Assembly: GCA_951406725.2 (NCBI GenBank)
Contig: OX597816.1
Coordinates: forward strand, 144,460,001 to 144,524,000
Direction of reading: 5' to 3'
Length of the DNA stretch: 64,000 nucleotides
Origin: Octopus vulgaris
Lineage: Eukaryota
The translations under genes were made by a program, and so were the position numbers. Within the stretch, counting starts at the first letter, position 1, and every line of letters begins with the position of its first letter. The notes below the pieces were generated by a model. That model was not told the DNA's origin, did not search any database, and worked only from the letters and a program-made list of their open reading frames with translations. Shown in pieces: positions 40,806 to 53,406 of this stretch.

Positions 40806-41594
40806 TCATCATCATGATTGTTGTTTAACGGCCGCTTTCCATGCTCTCATGATTGGCTGGTTTGACTGAGGATTGGCAAGCCAAAAGGCTGCACTAGGCT
40901 TCAATCTGATTTGGCAAGGTCTCTACAGCTGTATGCTCTTCCTAATGCCAATTACTCTGTGAGTGTAGCAGGTGCTTTTTATGTGCCACCGGCATGGGAG
41001 CCAGTCAGGCAGCATTGGCATTGACCACACTTGAATGGTGCTTTTTACATGCAACCAGCATAGGAGCCAGTCTGCTGGCACTGGCATCGGTCATGCTCAA
41101 ATGGTGCTTTTTACGTGCCACTAGTATGGACAAAATGGACTGAGCGGAACAAGAGGAGACAAGTGGGATAAAGAGTTGTTGAAGAGGTCATAGGATGTGT
41201 GACAAAAGCACTTTGGCAAAGAAACAAAAATAAGCTGAAGTAAAAACCAAACATATAGTGTATGTGTTTAATTTGATTGGCAAAATATGACTATCCCAAT
41301 GTATAATATATATATTTAGTAATAGGGACTCAGAGAATCAAACAGACTTTACATTAAGCTCTAGAGTTGATGTCTTCAATCACCATGTATCTATACCCTT
41401 CTATATATGAGTATGCACACATGTATATATGTATTTATATATGTTTGTATATGTATATTTTATAGGTGTGTTAATATTGATGTAACAACTATCATATAAC
41501 TAACAATATTATAAAACAACTGTAAATATATAGAGCAAACATCTACTCTCTCACATGACTTCTCTCATCACTGATGTATATGAGTGTGTGTGTG

Positions 41595-41626
<32 letters not shown>

Positions 41627-41910
41627 CATATATATATATTGCCTCCGTCTGGCCTCCATGCCGGTGGCACATAAAAAGCACCATCCGATCATGGCCGTTT
41701 GCCAGCCTTGTCTGGCACCTGTGCCGGTGGCACGTAAAAAGCACCCACTACACTCACGGAGTGGTTGGCATTAGGAAGGGCATCCAGCTGTAGAAACACT
41801 GCCAGATCAAACTGGGCCTGGTGCAGCCTTCTGGCTTCCCAGACCCCAGTTGAACCGTCCAACCCATGCTAGCATGGAAAGCGGACTTTAAACGATGATG
41901 ATGATGATGA
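40806..41910. mobile_element. Pair of oppositely oriented RTE 3' fragments (40806-41130 minus; 41640-41910 plus)
   Basis: Terminal sequence and tails point outward from each other. Confidence 0.85.
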
Positions 41911-42869
41911 TATATATATTTCATCTCAGGGGCTTACAGGTTCTGACAAGTAATGTCCGGCTTCTTTTGAACTTAGTAGAAAGAACTCAGAGAAAAATTC
42001 TGAGAGTAAATATAATTGTTAAAACTTTTGATTCTAAAGAGCTCAAAGCAAAACAAAACCTATTCAGTTGGACTAACAATTAAACAATTATAGATCATAT
42101 TTCATATTCTATTGTTTTTGTGGCACTCAGTCAGTTGGGATGATGAGGGTTCCAGTTGATCCGAAGTTTATCACACAGTTACTTATTTCTGTAATTTTGT
42201 CTTAGATTGGCTGACTGAAAACTCAGATTTTCAATTCTATTTTACTATTATCAACATTTGCTGTCTCGTTAAATTATGCTACACAAATCCCAAAAGAATA
42301 TTTTTCTATCTCGTGTTCTGACCACTACCCCCTCTCTCTCTGTGCCTCACTGTCTCTCTTTCTCGGCCTCACTGTCTCTCTCTCTCGGCCTCACTGTCTC
42401 TCTCTCGGCCTCACTCTGTCTCTCTCTCTATCAATTACCACTTGCTTTGCCAAGACTTCTTCCTCTTCCTCCACCACCACCACCACCACCACCACCACCA
42501 CCACCACCACCACTCTATATAAACTAGCACATGCACTTGGATTCCCCTACTCAATTTTTTTTTTTAATACTTCTGTCTCAGGAATATGTATCCAGAAGAT
42601 GTTCTTGTCTAAATTTGCTAGAAGATGCTCTCATCAAAATTTGCCTCCCACTCCCTCCACCTGTACTGGAAGTTCCTATCATCAGTCATCCTTTGGTTGT
42701 CTCCCATGAACACTTCTAAAGGCTTTATGCCATCTCCACCCCTACTTAGGGTTTATCTCCTATGTAAGGTAGTGATCATATAGTGCAAAAGTATGATAGT
42801 GTAGTGTATGCAGGTTGAATTGAAGGCTATTGTTTGTTTATGAATTCTGCCAAATACAAGCTTTCTTTT

Positions 42870-43528
42870 CAGGTACATGATGCTGCTGTCCCCCATCCCA
42901 GGGTCTCATGGGCCCATGCCTCTCACACCCTCAGGGTTGGCACTCAATGTCGGCACACTGAGATGTGTTGATATGTGCTGCCTCCAAAAAGTAATGTAGA
43001 GAGGAGGTCCGCAAGGTTCCTCACAGGCAAAGAACACAGGTACAAGATTTTCTGGGCAAGGAACACTGACAGGGTCGGGGGCATAGGTATACTTCTTGCA
43101 GAGAAATGGGTGGATAAGTTAATTGAGGTAATCAGAGTATGCGACAGAATACTTAAGATTAGATTAGTGCTTCATCATGGGTTAGCAACCATTATCTTGG
43201 CCTAGCCCCTCAGCCAGGGCTACCCGATGGACAGAAAGACCGATTTTATGATATCCTCTTGCAGATTAACTCATTGACGAATGACAGGGACCTTATCTTT
43301 GTGGCTGGTGGCTTCAATGGACATGTTGGACAACATACAGGGGGTTTCCATGGCGTATGTGGAGGAAAAGGAAAAGATGGCTGCTTATAAATGCCAAAAC
43401 CTTCCAGGGTGAAGAATGTACCCCATAACAATGTACCCTAACCCTAAGTGGATGCCCAGAAGACAACCAGCATAGAGGAGAAGGGTCTGGAAGCTTAAAG
43501 ATCCTGCGAATGGACAGAGATTTAGAAA
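42870..43528 (+). mobile_element. RTE LINE 5' fragment: apurinic-like endonuclease remnant with an internal deletion
   Basis: YKIFW...GGIGILLAEKWVDK..EVIRVCDRILKIRL and FVAGGFNGHVG, then a jump to RRRVWKLKDPANGQRFR, which matches the start of the RTE-derived part of the 795-aa ORF. Confidence 0.85.
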
Positions 43529-43588
43529 ACTGTTTGGTAAGTGTTGATTTACAAAGCACTGAACCCTTATTCATGTATCTAGATACAT

Positions 43589-43625
<37 letters not shown>

Positions 43626-45835
43626 CAGCTATCTTTGTGTGTGTGTGTGTCTATAACCTTGTGTTAGAACTCAATATGCATATGGTTCAGAATAGATCAT
43701 TACTTGGATACAGAGGATAATATGAAATTAGGTAAATGACAAAGGAATAGGAAATTATGCAATAAACTTCATTAGCCCGTAGATGTTTCTGCTATAAGAT
43801 GCAGTGCACTCAAATCTGAGTGCTTGTGCATCACCCTACAGCTTCCTCAGTGCTTCTAACATGAAGTAAAAGGTAATGACGATCATTGCATAATTTCCTG
43901 TTCCTTTTTCATTTATTCAATTTCATTGGGAAACAGATGTTAAAGGATGATGATGGTGATAATGATCTTTAGTTACACATGTTTGTTAAGATCATAAAAC
44001 AATTGCATCAGGATAAATTCATTTTAGTTAATTTAATGTTTTATTCCTTTTGATTTTATTGTCACCTTTCTATAAAAAGTCTTGTTATAGATAAATGATC
44101 TGATCACTGATACTATTTTCTTATGTCTTTACAAGGCTTCAATAATTACTATACATACTATAAATTACAATATGTGTTAGTTTTTTTTTTCTTCTTGCAA
44201 CACTCTTTGAATACTATGATCTCTATCAAGTGAGAGTGCTACTTACTCTTAATTATCAACAAGATTAATTACAGTACGTAAACTACTCCAAGTTTATGTC
44301 AAAGCTTGAATTCTTTACCATTTCCCGCTGATACGATTGCTTTTAAGCCTGCTCAGTAAACCACTGTTTAGAGGTTATTTATAAGTTGCATTTAGCCTAT
44401 AAAAATTGCATAATTTGCCAATCTTAAATGATCTGAAGATGTCAAACATTAAAATTTTTGAGTAAATCTGGATTTAAATCTAGTCATGATGTTAGAGAAT
44501 AATTATTCTGAGAACAGTCCTTGTTCTTAAAGAAAGCAGACCCAAGATACCTTCAACTAAATGTATTAACACCCATATCAGTATCTTAGTGAATAATGAC
44601 ATCATCAACTCTGCCAGCTTCAAGGGATGGGATTTATACAATTTAAACCCATAAAAAGATATAAGCAGTCTAAGTGAAATAGCAGCAACCAAGGATGAAT
44701 TGGTTGTAGACTGTTCAGTGGGACATTATTTCTAGTAAGTGATCAACACTCATACACAAACATAAACCTTTAGGTGCTTAGTTTCAAGCCCTTTAAATAT
44801 AAAGTAAGTGTGAAGCAAAAACCCTAGATAGGGCTGAAACAATTTAACCAGTATGTTGTTAAGAATTCTTCAGTTTGATAATATGAGTCATAAAATGTGA
44901 TAAATTGTGATAAAACTTCCACTTTGTTATTTGCTTGAATACAATCATCTAAAGAAAATGCCAGTCCTTAATCACAAATATTCTATAGGAAATGAATTAC
45001 TTTACAAAAGACCATCCCCCAAACTAAGATAATACTAAAGCAATACAATGGGAATGCCTGATAGATATTGTAAATGATAACAGGGCTCACAGTAAACAAG
45101 TTGTCAGGCAACAAACACCTGTGTTTTGTAATTGTTACTGTTCATATCCATTTAGAATCTCATTGAGATTTTAAGACCATATCATGTTAAAGTGTATAAA
45201 ATATGGGGATATGTTGCTATATATCAATATATGGACAAGCTAAGTTTATGCCAATTTGGTCATTATTATCAGTTGTTTGTGTCAATATATTCTTGTTAGT
45301 AGCATATTTGATGGACAATTAGTGCCATAATTAAGACAGTTAACTAATTCAGAGACTTATATATACAGCCTAGACATTTTAACCCGAGATATTAAGCAAG
45401 TGCATGTGCATCTAAGTTTATGAACCTATCAGTCACATTATGAAAGGTTGCTAGGATGGCTTAAATCAAGTGATTCCATGGTATTAGCTTTCAATAAAAA
45501 GCTGCATAGACATGGGTATAGTTATTACAAGTAGGTGTCTTGACAAACATAACACTTATGTTACATTTGATTAAGTTATATTAGATTACCATAAGTAAAT
45601 ATTTGATATGTCATGCATAGATCTCTGGGAATGAAAATTTCATGAAGAAAAATTTCAACTAAATCATGAAATATTTCTCCTCTTCATACTTCTTTCATAT
45701 TGATTTGATTTTTGCTGGTGCAGAGTACCACATTCTTTCAACTTGAAATTATGTCTGATTAGTACTTTGGTGTTATGTCTTGCATCAGGTTTTGGTAACG
45801 TTCACTGTAGAAGTCAGTGAAAGAAATTATGTATT

Positions 45836-46165
45836 CATCATCATCATTTAATGTCCACTTTCCATGCTTGCATGGGTTGGACGGTTTGACTGAGGACTGG
45901 TGAGCCAGAAGGCTGCACCAGGCTCCAGTCTTGATCTGGCAAAGTTTCTACAGCTGGATGCCCTTCCTAACACCAACCACTCCAAGAGTGTAGTGGGTGC
46001 TTTTATGTGACACCGGCATGAGGGCCAGTCAGGCAATTCTGGCAATAATCATGCTCAAAAGGTGTTTTTTACATGCTACCTACATAGGAGACAGTCCACC
46101 GGCACAGACAACGACCACGCTCAAATGTTGCTTTCATGTGCCACCAGCACATGTGCCAGTAAGGT
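45836..46165 (-). mobile_element. RTE 3'-end fragment
   Basis: tcatcatcatcatttaatgtccactttccatgc... Confidence 0.85.
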
Positions 46166-46678
46166 GTGTTCAATATAATTTGTTTTAGCAACTGAATTTT
46201 CTCTTAAATTTTTTTTTTTATTTAAACTTGGATCACACAATGTGACTGATTCACAGTAAAGATGGGACCTCATTATGTAAATTGGTTCATTAAGATCTGA
46301 CCTCATCATGTAAACCAGTCAACTGTTATGTGATTTCGTTAACATGAACCTATCCACTAAGATGAGATCTTATGATGTATATTGATATGAATTATTTCCC
46401 AATACAGATGAACTGGTATGAAGATCTGAGGCTGCATCAGCTCCTACAACTATACTGTTGGTTTCCATAAAGCTGGAATAAAGAGTTTCATTTTGGATGA
46501 CAAACATTTTTTAATTTTAAAAAGAAATTTTGGTTACTGTACCAGAAGGCTGAAATCTTTATAAAGAAATTCACTTGCCTGTTTGGCCTTTTAGGTGTGT
46601 AAGTGGTGTGTGTACATATGTTAGTACACACACCACTAAATTATGTTAGTAGTGAACTTGTTAAAATTTGATACTTAC

Positions 46679-46833
46679 AAAGTCAGTGTGACTGTAAGAC
46701 ATGGTTGGTTCTGGTTTTGGTTCTGGTTTGGATTCTGGTTTGGATTCTGGTTCTGATTCTGGTTTGGATTCTGGTTCTGATTCCGGTTCAGGTTCAGGTT
46801 TTTTAGGACCTTTTTTCTTGAAACCAAAATCAA
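46679..46833 (-). CDS. Galectin upstream exon: DFGFKKKGPKK-(EPESKP-type repeat)-TMSYSHTDF; candidate start ATG at 46702
   Basis: ttttcag acceptor and GTAAGT donor, 155 bp, ending in phase 0 to match the next exon. ACCATG context. The part upstream of the ATG may be coding or UTR. Confidence 0.7.
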
Positions 46834-47525
46834 CTGAAAATATCAGAAAATTAATATAAAATTTATGACACATTTGAAAGAGGAAAATTAGGAGAAATAG
46901 AAGAAATTTGGTGTAATAGCAGTCAGTGTATTTGTTTCATTCTGCTCAAATTCCTCAGAAGCTGACAGCATAAATAATAGCAATATACTGTGTTGAATGC
47001 AATCAATGATAAGTCTTCTCTTCGACATTTGTCCTTGCACCTGAATATAATTTTATTACTGACTGAACAGTTTTGTATATCATCTAAATCAATAATAAAT
47101 TAAAATCTTGGTATAAGTCCAGTAATTTTGAGGGAGGGGCAAGTCAATTACATCAGCCCCAGTACTCAACTGGTACTTATTTTATCAATCCTGAAAGGAT
47201 GAGAGGCAAAGTTGACCCTGGCAGAATTTGAGATCAGAATCATCATCATCATCATCGTCGTTTAACGTCCGTTCTCCATGCTAGCATGGGTTGGACGGTT
47301 CGACCGGGGTTCTGGGAAGCCAGAAGGCTGCACCAGGCTCCAGTCTAATCTGGCAATGTTTCTACAGCTGGATGCCCTTCCTAACGCCAACCACTCCGTG
47401 AGTGTAGTGGGTGCTTTTTACGTGCCACCTGCACAGGTGCCAGGCGGGGCTGGCAACGGCCACGGTCAGATTGGTGTATTTTATGTGCCACCGGCACGGA
47501 AGCCAGTCGAGGCGGTGCTGGCATC

Positions 47526-47980
47526 GGCCACGAGTCGGATAGTGCTTTTTACGTACCACCAGACCAGGGATCCTGGCTGGTTCAATTCGATTTCGATTTC
47601 GCTTGCCCCAACATGTCTTCACAAGCAAAGGGGGTTGGCATGGGTGCCTGTCGTACGGTCGCATTGGAGTATTTTACGTGCCACGGCCACGAGTCGGATA
47701 GTGCTTTTTACGTACCACCAGACCAGGGATCCTGGCTGGTTCAATTCGATTTCGATTTTGCTTGCCCCAACATGTCTTCACAAGCAAAGGGGGTTGGCAT
47801 GGGTGCCTGTCGTACGGTCGCATTGGAGTATTTTACGTGCCACGGCCACGAGTCGGATAGTGCTTTTTACGTACCACCAGGCCAGGGATCCTGGCTGGTT
47901 CAATTCGGTTTCGATTTCGATTTCGCTTGCCCCAACATGTCTTCGCAAGCATGGGGGGTTGGCATGGGTGTCTGTCGTCG
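47526..47980. repeat. 159-bp tandem triplication inside the LINE 3' UTR
   Basis: ggccacgagtcggatagtgc recurs at 47526, 47685 and 47844. Confidence 0.93.
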
Positions 47981-48061
47981 GATGAGGTTCTATATCGACT
48001 TCGCTTGCCTCAACCGGTCTTTGTGTCCAAGGGAGGAAAGGCATTCATAAGTGGGCTGGGC

Positions 48062-50387
48062 TCACTTGTCCTGCCTGGTCTTCTCACGTACAGAATATTT
48101 CCAAAGGTCTCGGTCTCTGGTCATTTCCTCAGTGAGGCCTAAAGTTCGAAGGTCGTGCTTCACCACCTCGTCCCAGGTTTTCCTGGGTCTACCTCTTCCA
48201 CGGGTTCCCTCAACTGCTAGGGATTGGCACTTTCTCACACACCTATCTTCATCCATTCTCGCCACATGACCATACCAGTGCAATCGTCTCTCTTGCACAC
48301 CACAACTGATGCTTCTTAGGTACAACATTTCTCTCAAGGTGCTAACGCTCTGTCGAGTATGTACACTGACATTACACATCCATCGGAGCATACTGGCTTC
48401 ATTCCTCACGAGCTTACGCATGTCCTCAGCAGTCACGGCCCATGTTTCGCTGCCATGTAGCATGGCTGTTCGTACACACGCATCATACAGTCTGCCTTTT
48501 ACTCTGAGCGAGAGGCCTTTAGTCACCAGCAGAGGTAAGAGCTCCCTAAACTTTGCCCAGGCTATTCTTATTCTAGCAGTTACACTTTCAGCGCACCCAC
48601 CCCCACTACTGACTTGGTCACCTAGATAACGGAAGCTATCAACTACTTCTAGTTTTTCCCCCTGGAAAGTGACGGAAGTTGTTTTCTGCAGATTTTCGGA
48701 GGTTAATGCTCCCGAGCATCTGCCACATACAAAAACTATCTTCCCAGTTAGCCTACCTTTGACATTGCTGCACCTCTTATGTGTCCATAGCTTACACTGG
48801 GTACATCTTATAGAGTTTCTACCTACACCTTTTCTACAGATCGAGCAGGGCCATCTTCCTGAAGATATTTGTGGATTGTCTACCTTTCTACTTATTAGTA
48901 CTTTGGTTTTAGCTAGGTTGACTCTAAGGCCCCTTGATTCTAAACCCTCCTTCCACACCTGGAACTTCTCCTCCAGTTCTGATAGTGACTCAGCAATAAG
49001 AGCAAGGTCGTCAGCGTAGAGGAGCTCCCAGGGACAGCCTGTCTTGAATTCCTCCGTAATTGCCTGGAGTACTATGATAAATAGGAGGGGGCTGAGTACT
49101 GAACCCTGGTGGACCCCAACCTCTACTTTGAATTCTTCTGTGTACATGTTGCCAACCCTAACCTTACTTACGGCATCTCTGTACATGGCTTGCACAGTCC
49201 TCACCAGCCATTCATCTATCCCTAGTTTCCTCATTGACCACCAGATAAGGGATCGGGGGACCCTATCAAAAGCTTTCTCCATGTCAACGAAAGCCAGGTA
49301 CAGGGGCTTATCTTTGGCTAGGTATTTCTCCTGCAGCTGCCTTACCAGGAATATAGCATCAGTGGTACTTTTCCCTGGCACGAACCCAAACTGCATCTCA
49401 TCTAAACTAACTCTCTCTCTAATTAGTTGGGCTATGACCCTCTCCGTAACCTTCATTACTTGATCCAACAGCTTGATACCTCTGTAATTATTTGTATCTA
49501 GGGCATCACCTTTACCTTTGTAGCAGTTGACTAGTATGCTGCTGCACCAGTCATTGGGTATGACTCCTTCGTGTATCACCTGGTTGACTATACGGGTGAC
49601 TAGGTTATAGCCGACACTGCCAGATATTTTGAGCATCTCTGCAGTAATTCCTGATGGGCCTGGGGCTTTCCCTGTCTTCATGCTTCTAATTGCCTTAGCT
49701 ACCACGGAACTATCAACTCGGATAGCTGGTCCCTCTGTAGGGTCAACATTCGGCAGACTCTCTTTATCCCATTCATTTTCCTCATTCAGTAACCTTTCAT
49801 AGTGGCGTCTCCAAGCTTCTCTCTTTGCATCCTCATTTAGCGCAAGTGAACCATCCTCCATGCGAACACATTTCTCTCCTACCACATCACGATTCTCTCT
49901 CACACATTGTCTTGCAACACGAAATACCTCAAGTCTTTCATCCTCACGGCGCAGGACATTGGCAAATTTTCTCTTATCTGCTTCCCCTCTGGCTAGATAG
50001 ACCTGTCTCCTAGCTTCCCTTCTGGCAGTCTGATACCCTTCCCTGCTACCACCGTTCTTCCAGGCCTTCCAAGCCTGTTTCTTTTGTCTAATAGCCCTGT
50101 CAACAATATTGTTCCACCACCACGTTATTTTGGGTCTTAAGGGGACTTTGCACCAGCCACAGATCTGGTCAGCGGCTTTCAGCAGGTTGTCCCTCAGAAA
50201 CGTCCAGTTGTCTTCTACCCCATGTGTAGCTATACCCCCTTCCACTTCGTCAAAGGCTTCAAGTAACATATCTCTAAATCTCTGTCCATTCGCAGGGGCT
50301 TTAAGCTTCCAGACCCTTCTTCTCCATGTTGGTCGTCTTCTAGTCGCCCTCTTAGTCCTGATCCTAAAGTCACTAACTACCAGTCTA
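48062..50387 (-). CDS. RTE reverse transcriptase ORF (truncated) with a PHD-like Cys/His finger after the RT
   Basis: NYRGIKLL, QFGF, FVDMEKAFDRV, GVHQGSVLSPLLF, YADD and FRYLG motifs; finger CSIC-x10-CTQC-x4-HKRC...CGRC. Confidence 0.92.
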
Positions 50388-52997
50388 ACAATGATGATAA
50401 TAATGATGATGATGATGATGAGCTTATTGTATATAGTACTCAGATGCACAACTTGTTAGAAAAAGGATGAAAGAGGGACCAGAAAGCAACAATAAGTCAA
50501 TCAAAAAGTCAAGTAAGGAAAGACAGCAAAAGCTAGAAGTGTATGCATCGTACACAAAATAAAACATAAAATAACTGAAAAGCAAACAGTTGAAGAGCCA
50601 TAAAAAAGAAAATGTGCTTTGGTATTTGGTTAAAGATCATTAAAATAAGAACTAGACTGAAGTAAGTACAGGAGTTGATATGATTGACAAAAATTTTAGA
50701 AGACTGTACTCCGCTATGGCAGAGTACATTCATTAGTCTAATGAATGAAACCACAAAACTATAACATATATACATTACAGTGTAAATTCACTACACTGTT
50801 CTTACAGAGTTAGAGAGTGAATTTTTACTTAAGTTTTGAACCATGTTAATTTAAAATTACGTTGATTGATTTAATATTTCTAAGCTAGCATGAAAGAGGG
50901 CGGTTTTTTTTTGTATATTTGCTTTCTGTTGGAAGAATTGTGGAGATAAATGTCCTTTCTTGCAATCACTGAGCCAATCAAGAATTAGCAATATGAGCTG
51001 TGCCAATCAGTAATACCGTGATGATGTGGTTGCTTGAACAAATAAAAATAGCAGCTAAATTTCAACTCACACCTACTGTCTTAATGAAAAAAACTCACTG
51101 AATCAGGAAGTTCTAGAAAAAGGTTATCTGGGATGGCCTCAGCTGGAATGTTTTTTAATTGTTTTTCATCAGGACTGATTTCAAAAAATAATTAAGAACA
51201 GGTGCTTTGATAATTAAGGTAGGTAAGTCACACAGAACTTGAACTCTGTAACAACATATCAGTGCTGTTTGAACTGTTGTCCAGCACCTTTGATAGTAAA
51301 TTTAACATTACATGTGTGCAAGTATGCACATGCAAGCAAACATCGTATCAAAATTAATACAATCATGGGAAATCTGTCATTAAAAGATGATTATTATTAT
51401 AAGGAGTCCAGTCATAATTATTCATATACAACCTTCTGGATGGTCACTTGAGGCTTTAAGTAGTTGCTCAGCTTAGAAATAGCATTCAAATGTCCCTCAA
51501 ATCATAATCTACTGTCTTAAAGAAGGATAATTTGGATAATAGTCATAGATATACTAAAAGGCCATAATTGGAGTGCAATCAAAGCTGACTTGAAATGAGC
51601 AGCCGCTCTTTCAGATTGCATCTGATTCCTTCCTCTATATCTCACAGTGTCAAGGACATATGCTCAGAATATGTACTAACTTCCACAAAATTTTCTCTCT
51701 GTGTCATATTTCCTACATAATTTATAAAAATAGCAATCCGTTGCTAAAACATATGGCAATTATTTTATGAAATCATCTCTGAAATTAACTCATTTTCAGC
51801 ACTGACATTAGATAGCAAATATAAAAAAAACTGACAGTTCTCCTCTGCTGTGTCAACTGCTTCCTTATTGTTCACTTAAGAAAATACAGAATAAAGTAAC
51901 TTCAATATTTAAATGCCCCGTTATTAACTGTCTAAATGCATGAAATGAGTAACCAAGGTTATATATTTTTCAGCTTTATCTTTAGATCTGAAACATTTTT
52001 CAATATATGCATATCCATTATGCTTCAGTCTCTGGCCATCATCAAGATTTGAAATCAAAGTTCAAATTGACAGCAAAACGTCGGTATAACTTTTGAAGAA
52101 AAGACTTTTGGGTCTGTTGTTTGATACTATGCCTGCTCAGCTATTTGCCCATTATTGGCCAATGATTAACTTTATCACACTTTAAATCTGATTGTGAAAC
52201 CCCTTAAAGATGATCAGTATTCAAAGTAACCTCATCATAATGGCTGATAAAGGCTTACTGATTCACTACAAACCCTGGTCTACAAGTGTTATGTCACCTC
52301 ATTCTGTCAATTTTATCACTTTCACTACTACACTCTTTGCTCTGCTGAGCTAGCTAGTTACATACCATTTCTATCTAAGTTAATTTGCCATATTGGTCTC
52401 TTTTTTAGCCTTCATACTCATCTCCATCAGATGCCACACAAACCATTATACTTCCTCCTCAGAATGCCAGTTCCTTGGGATTATCTTTCTGGAATTACGT
52501 TTTTTACTGTAGAAATTGACTCAGAGATGTTCACATTGACCACCCTTAAAAATAATTTGACCAGTGATTTATGAAGGACATAGGTACTGTCCTGCATTAG
52601 ATTAGTAGCAGAGAACATATGATCAACATGGGTACTCCCTTGCATCCTGTTTAAATCGTAAGTAAATAATAAGACAACAACAAACACATCAAATAAATAA
52701 TCATATAGGTTATAGACAAAATAGCTGAGTGCTAAGGTACTGGGCTATCAGCTAATATGTTTTAGGCTTGAATAGATTGCAGGTACTTCCTTGTATATTT
52801 GAATAGTACAAGTAATTGTACATGCACTGTTTCATTTATCAGAAAACGGTATTATATTTTGCCAGATGCAGCCCAATATAAATATTTTTCAGGATGAGAT
52901 GCCAATCTAAAATGTCATGAAAACAGTTGAGGACATGACATTCTGAATATATTTTGATAATGGAGATATATTCTGCAAAAATATCTTGTTTGTTTTT

Positions 52998-53043
52998 AAC
53001 ACAACGTTTCAGCTGATATACCCTCCAGCCTTCATCAGGTATC
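52998..53043 (-). ncRNA. Minimal type I hammerhead ribozyme motif
   Basis: GATAC-CTGATGA-AGGCTGgagggtatatCAGCT-GAAAC-GTT-GTGTT. Confidence 0.68.
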
Positions 53044-53273
53044 TTGGGGAAATTTCAAACAACCGTCCAACCCATGCTAGCATGGAAAGTGGACGTTAAA
53101 CGATGATGATGATGATGATGATTATTATTCAGGTCACTGCCTGGAATTGAACTCAGAATCTTGGTTAAGCCCATGCTCTTAACCACTACACCATGGGCAT
53201 ATGGCATAGTGATTAAGAGCGCAGGTTACTAACCCCAAGATTCCAAGTTTGATTCCAGGCATTGATCTGAATA

Positions 53274-53305
<32 letters not shown>

Positions 53306-53360
53306 CAACAACATCGAAAAATACCTTAGGAATGAGAACCCAGGTTTGAAATTTCCCCAT

Positions 53361-53406
53361 GACACCTGATGAAGGCTAGAGAGTATATCAGCCGAAACAT
53401 TGTGCT
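53361..53406 (+). ncRNA. Minimal type I hammerhead ribozyme motif (partly mutated)
   Basis: GACAC-CTGATGA-AGGCTagagagtatatcAGCC-GAAAC-ATT-GTGCT; ACGT to ACAT is consistent with CpG decay. Confidence 0.58.

Larger units (their letters stand above)
5151..46833 (-). other. Quadruple-CRD galectin gene (at least 13 exons; 5' end incomplete)
   Basis: Thirteen GT-AG exons join in frame. Four HxNPR...N...WGxExR galectin motifs, stop TAA at 5380-5382, AATAAA at 5151-5156. From the ATG at 46702 the CDS is 1629 nt (542 aa plus stop). Confidence 0.93.
47240..50387 (-). mobile_element. Young 5'-truncated RTE-clade LINE, in sense orientation relative to the galectin
   Basis: Uninterrupted RT ORF, a 3' UTR of about 820 nt and a (GAT)n tail; the endonuclease is missing. 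Confidence 0.96.

Noticed and set aside
42276-42527. ORF with poly-Pro, and similar poly-Asn, HT and YI ORFs elsewhere
   Set aside because: Translations of (CCA)n, (CT)n, (AAT)n, (CA)n and (TA)n microsatellites.
47415-47500. TACGTG (hypoxia-response-like) sites spread by RTE tails
   Set aside because: A short motif inside a repeat hairpin; nothing in the sequence supports regulatory use.
47278-48050. 235-aa and 145-aa ORFs with internal repeats
   Set aside because: Antisense reading of the LINE 3' UTR; the 159-bp triplication is a multiple of three and keeps the frames open.
50388-50449. MHLSTIYNKLIIIIIIIIIIV as the real N terminus or signal peptide of the 795-aa ORF
   Set aside because: The poly-Ile comes from a flanking (CAT)n microsatellite; LINE homology starts at RLVVSDF.
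48309-50459. Plus-strand ORFs of 62-139 aa opposite the RTE ORF
   Set aside because: Antisense shadows of the LINE coding sequence with no independent motifs.
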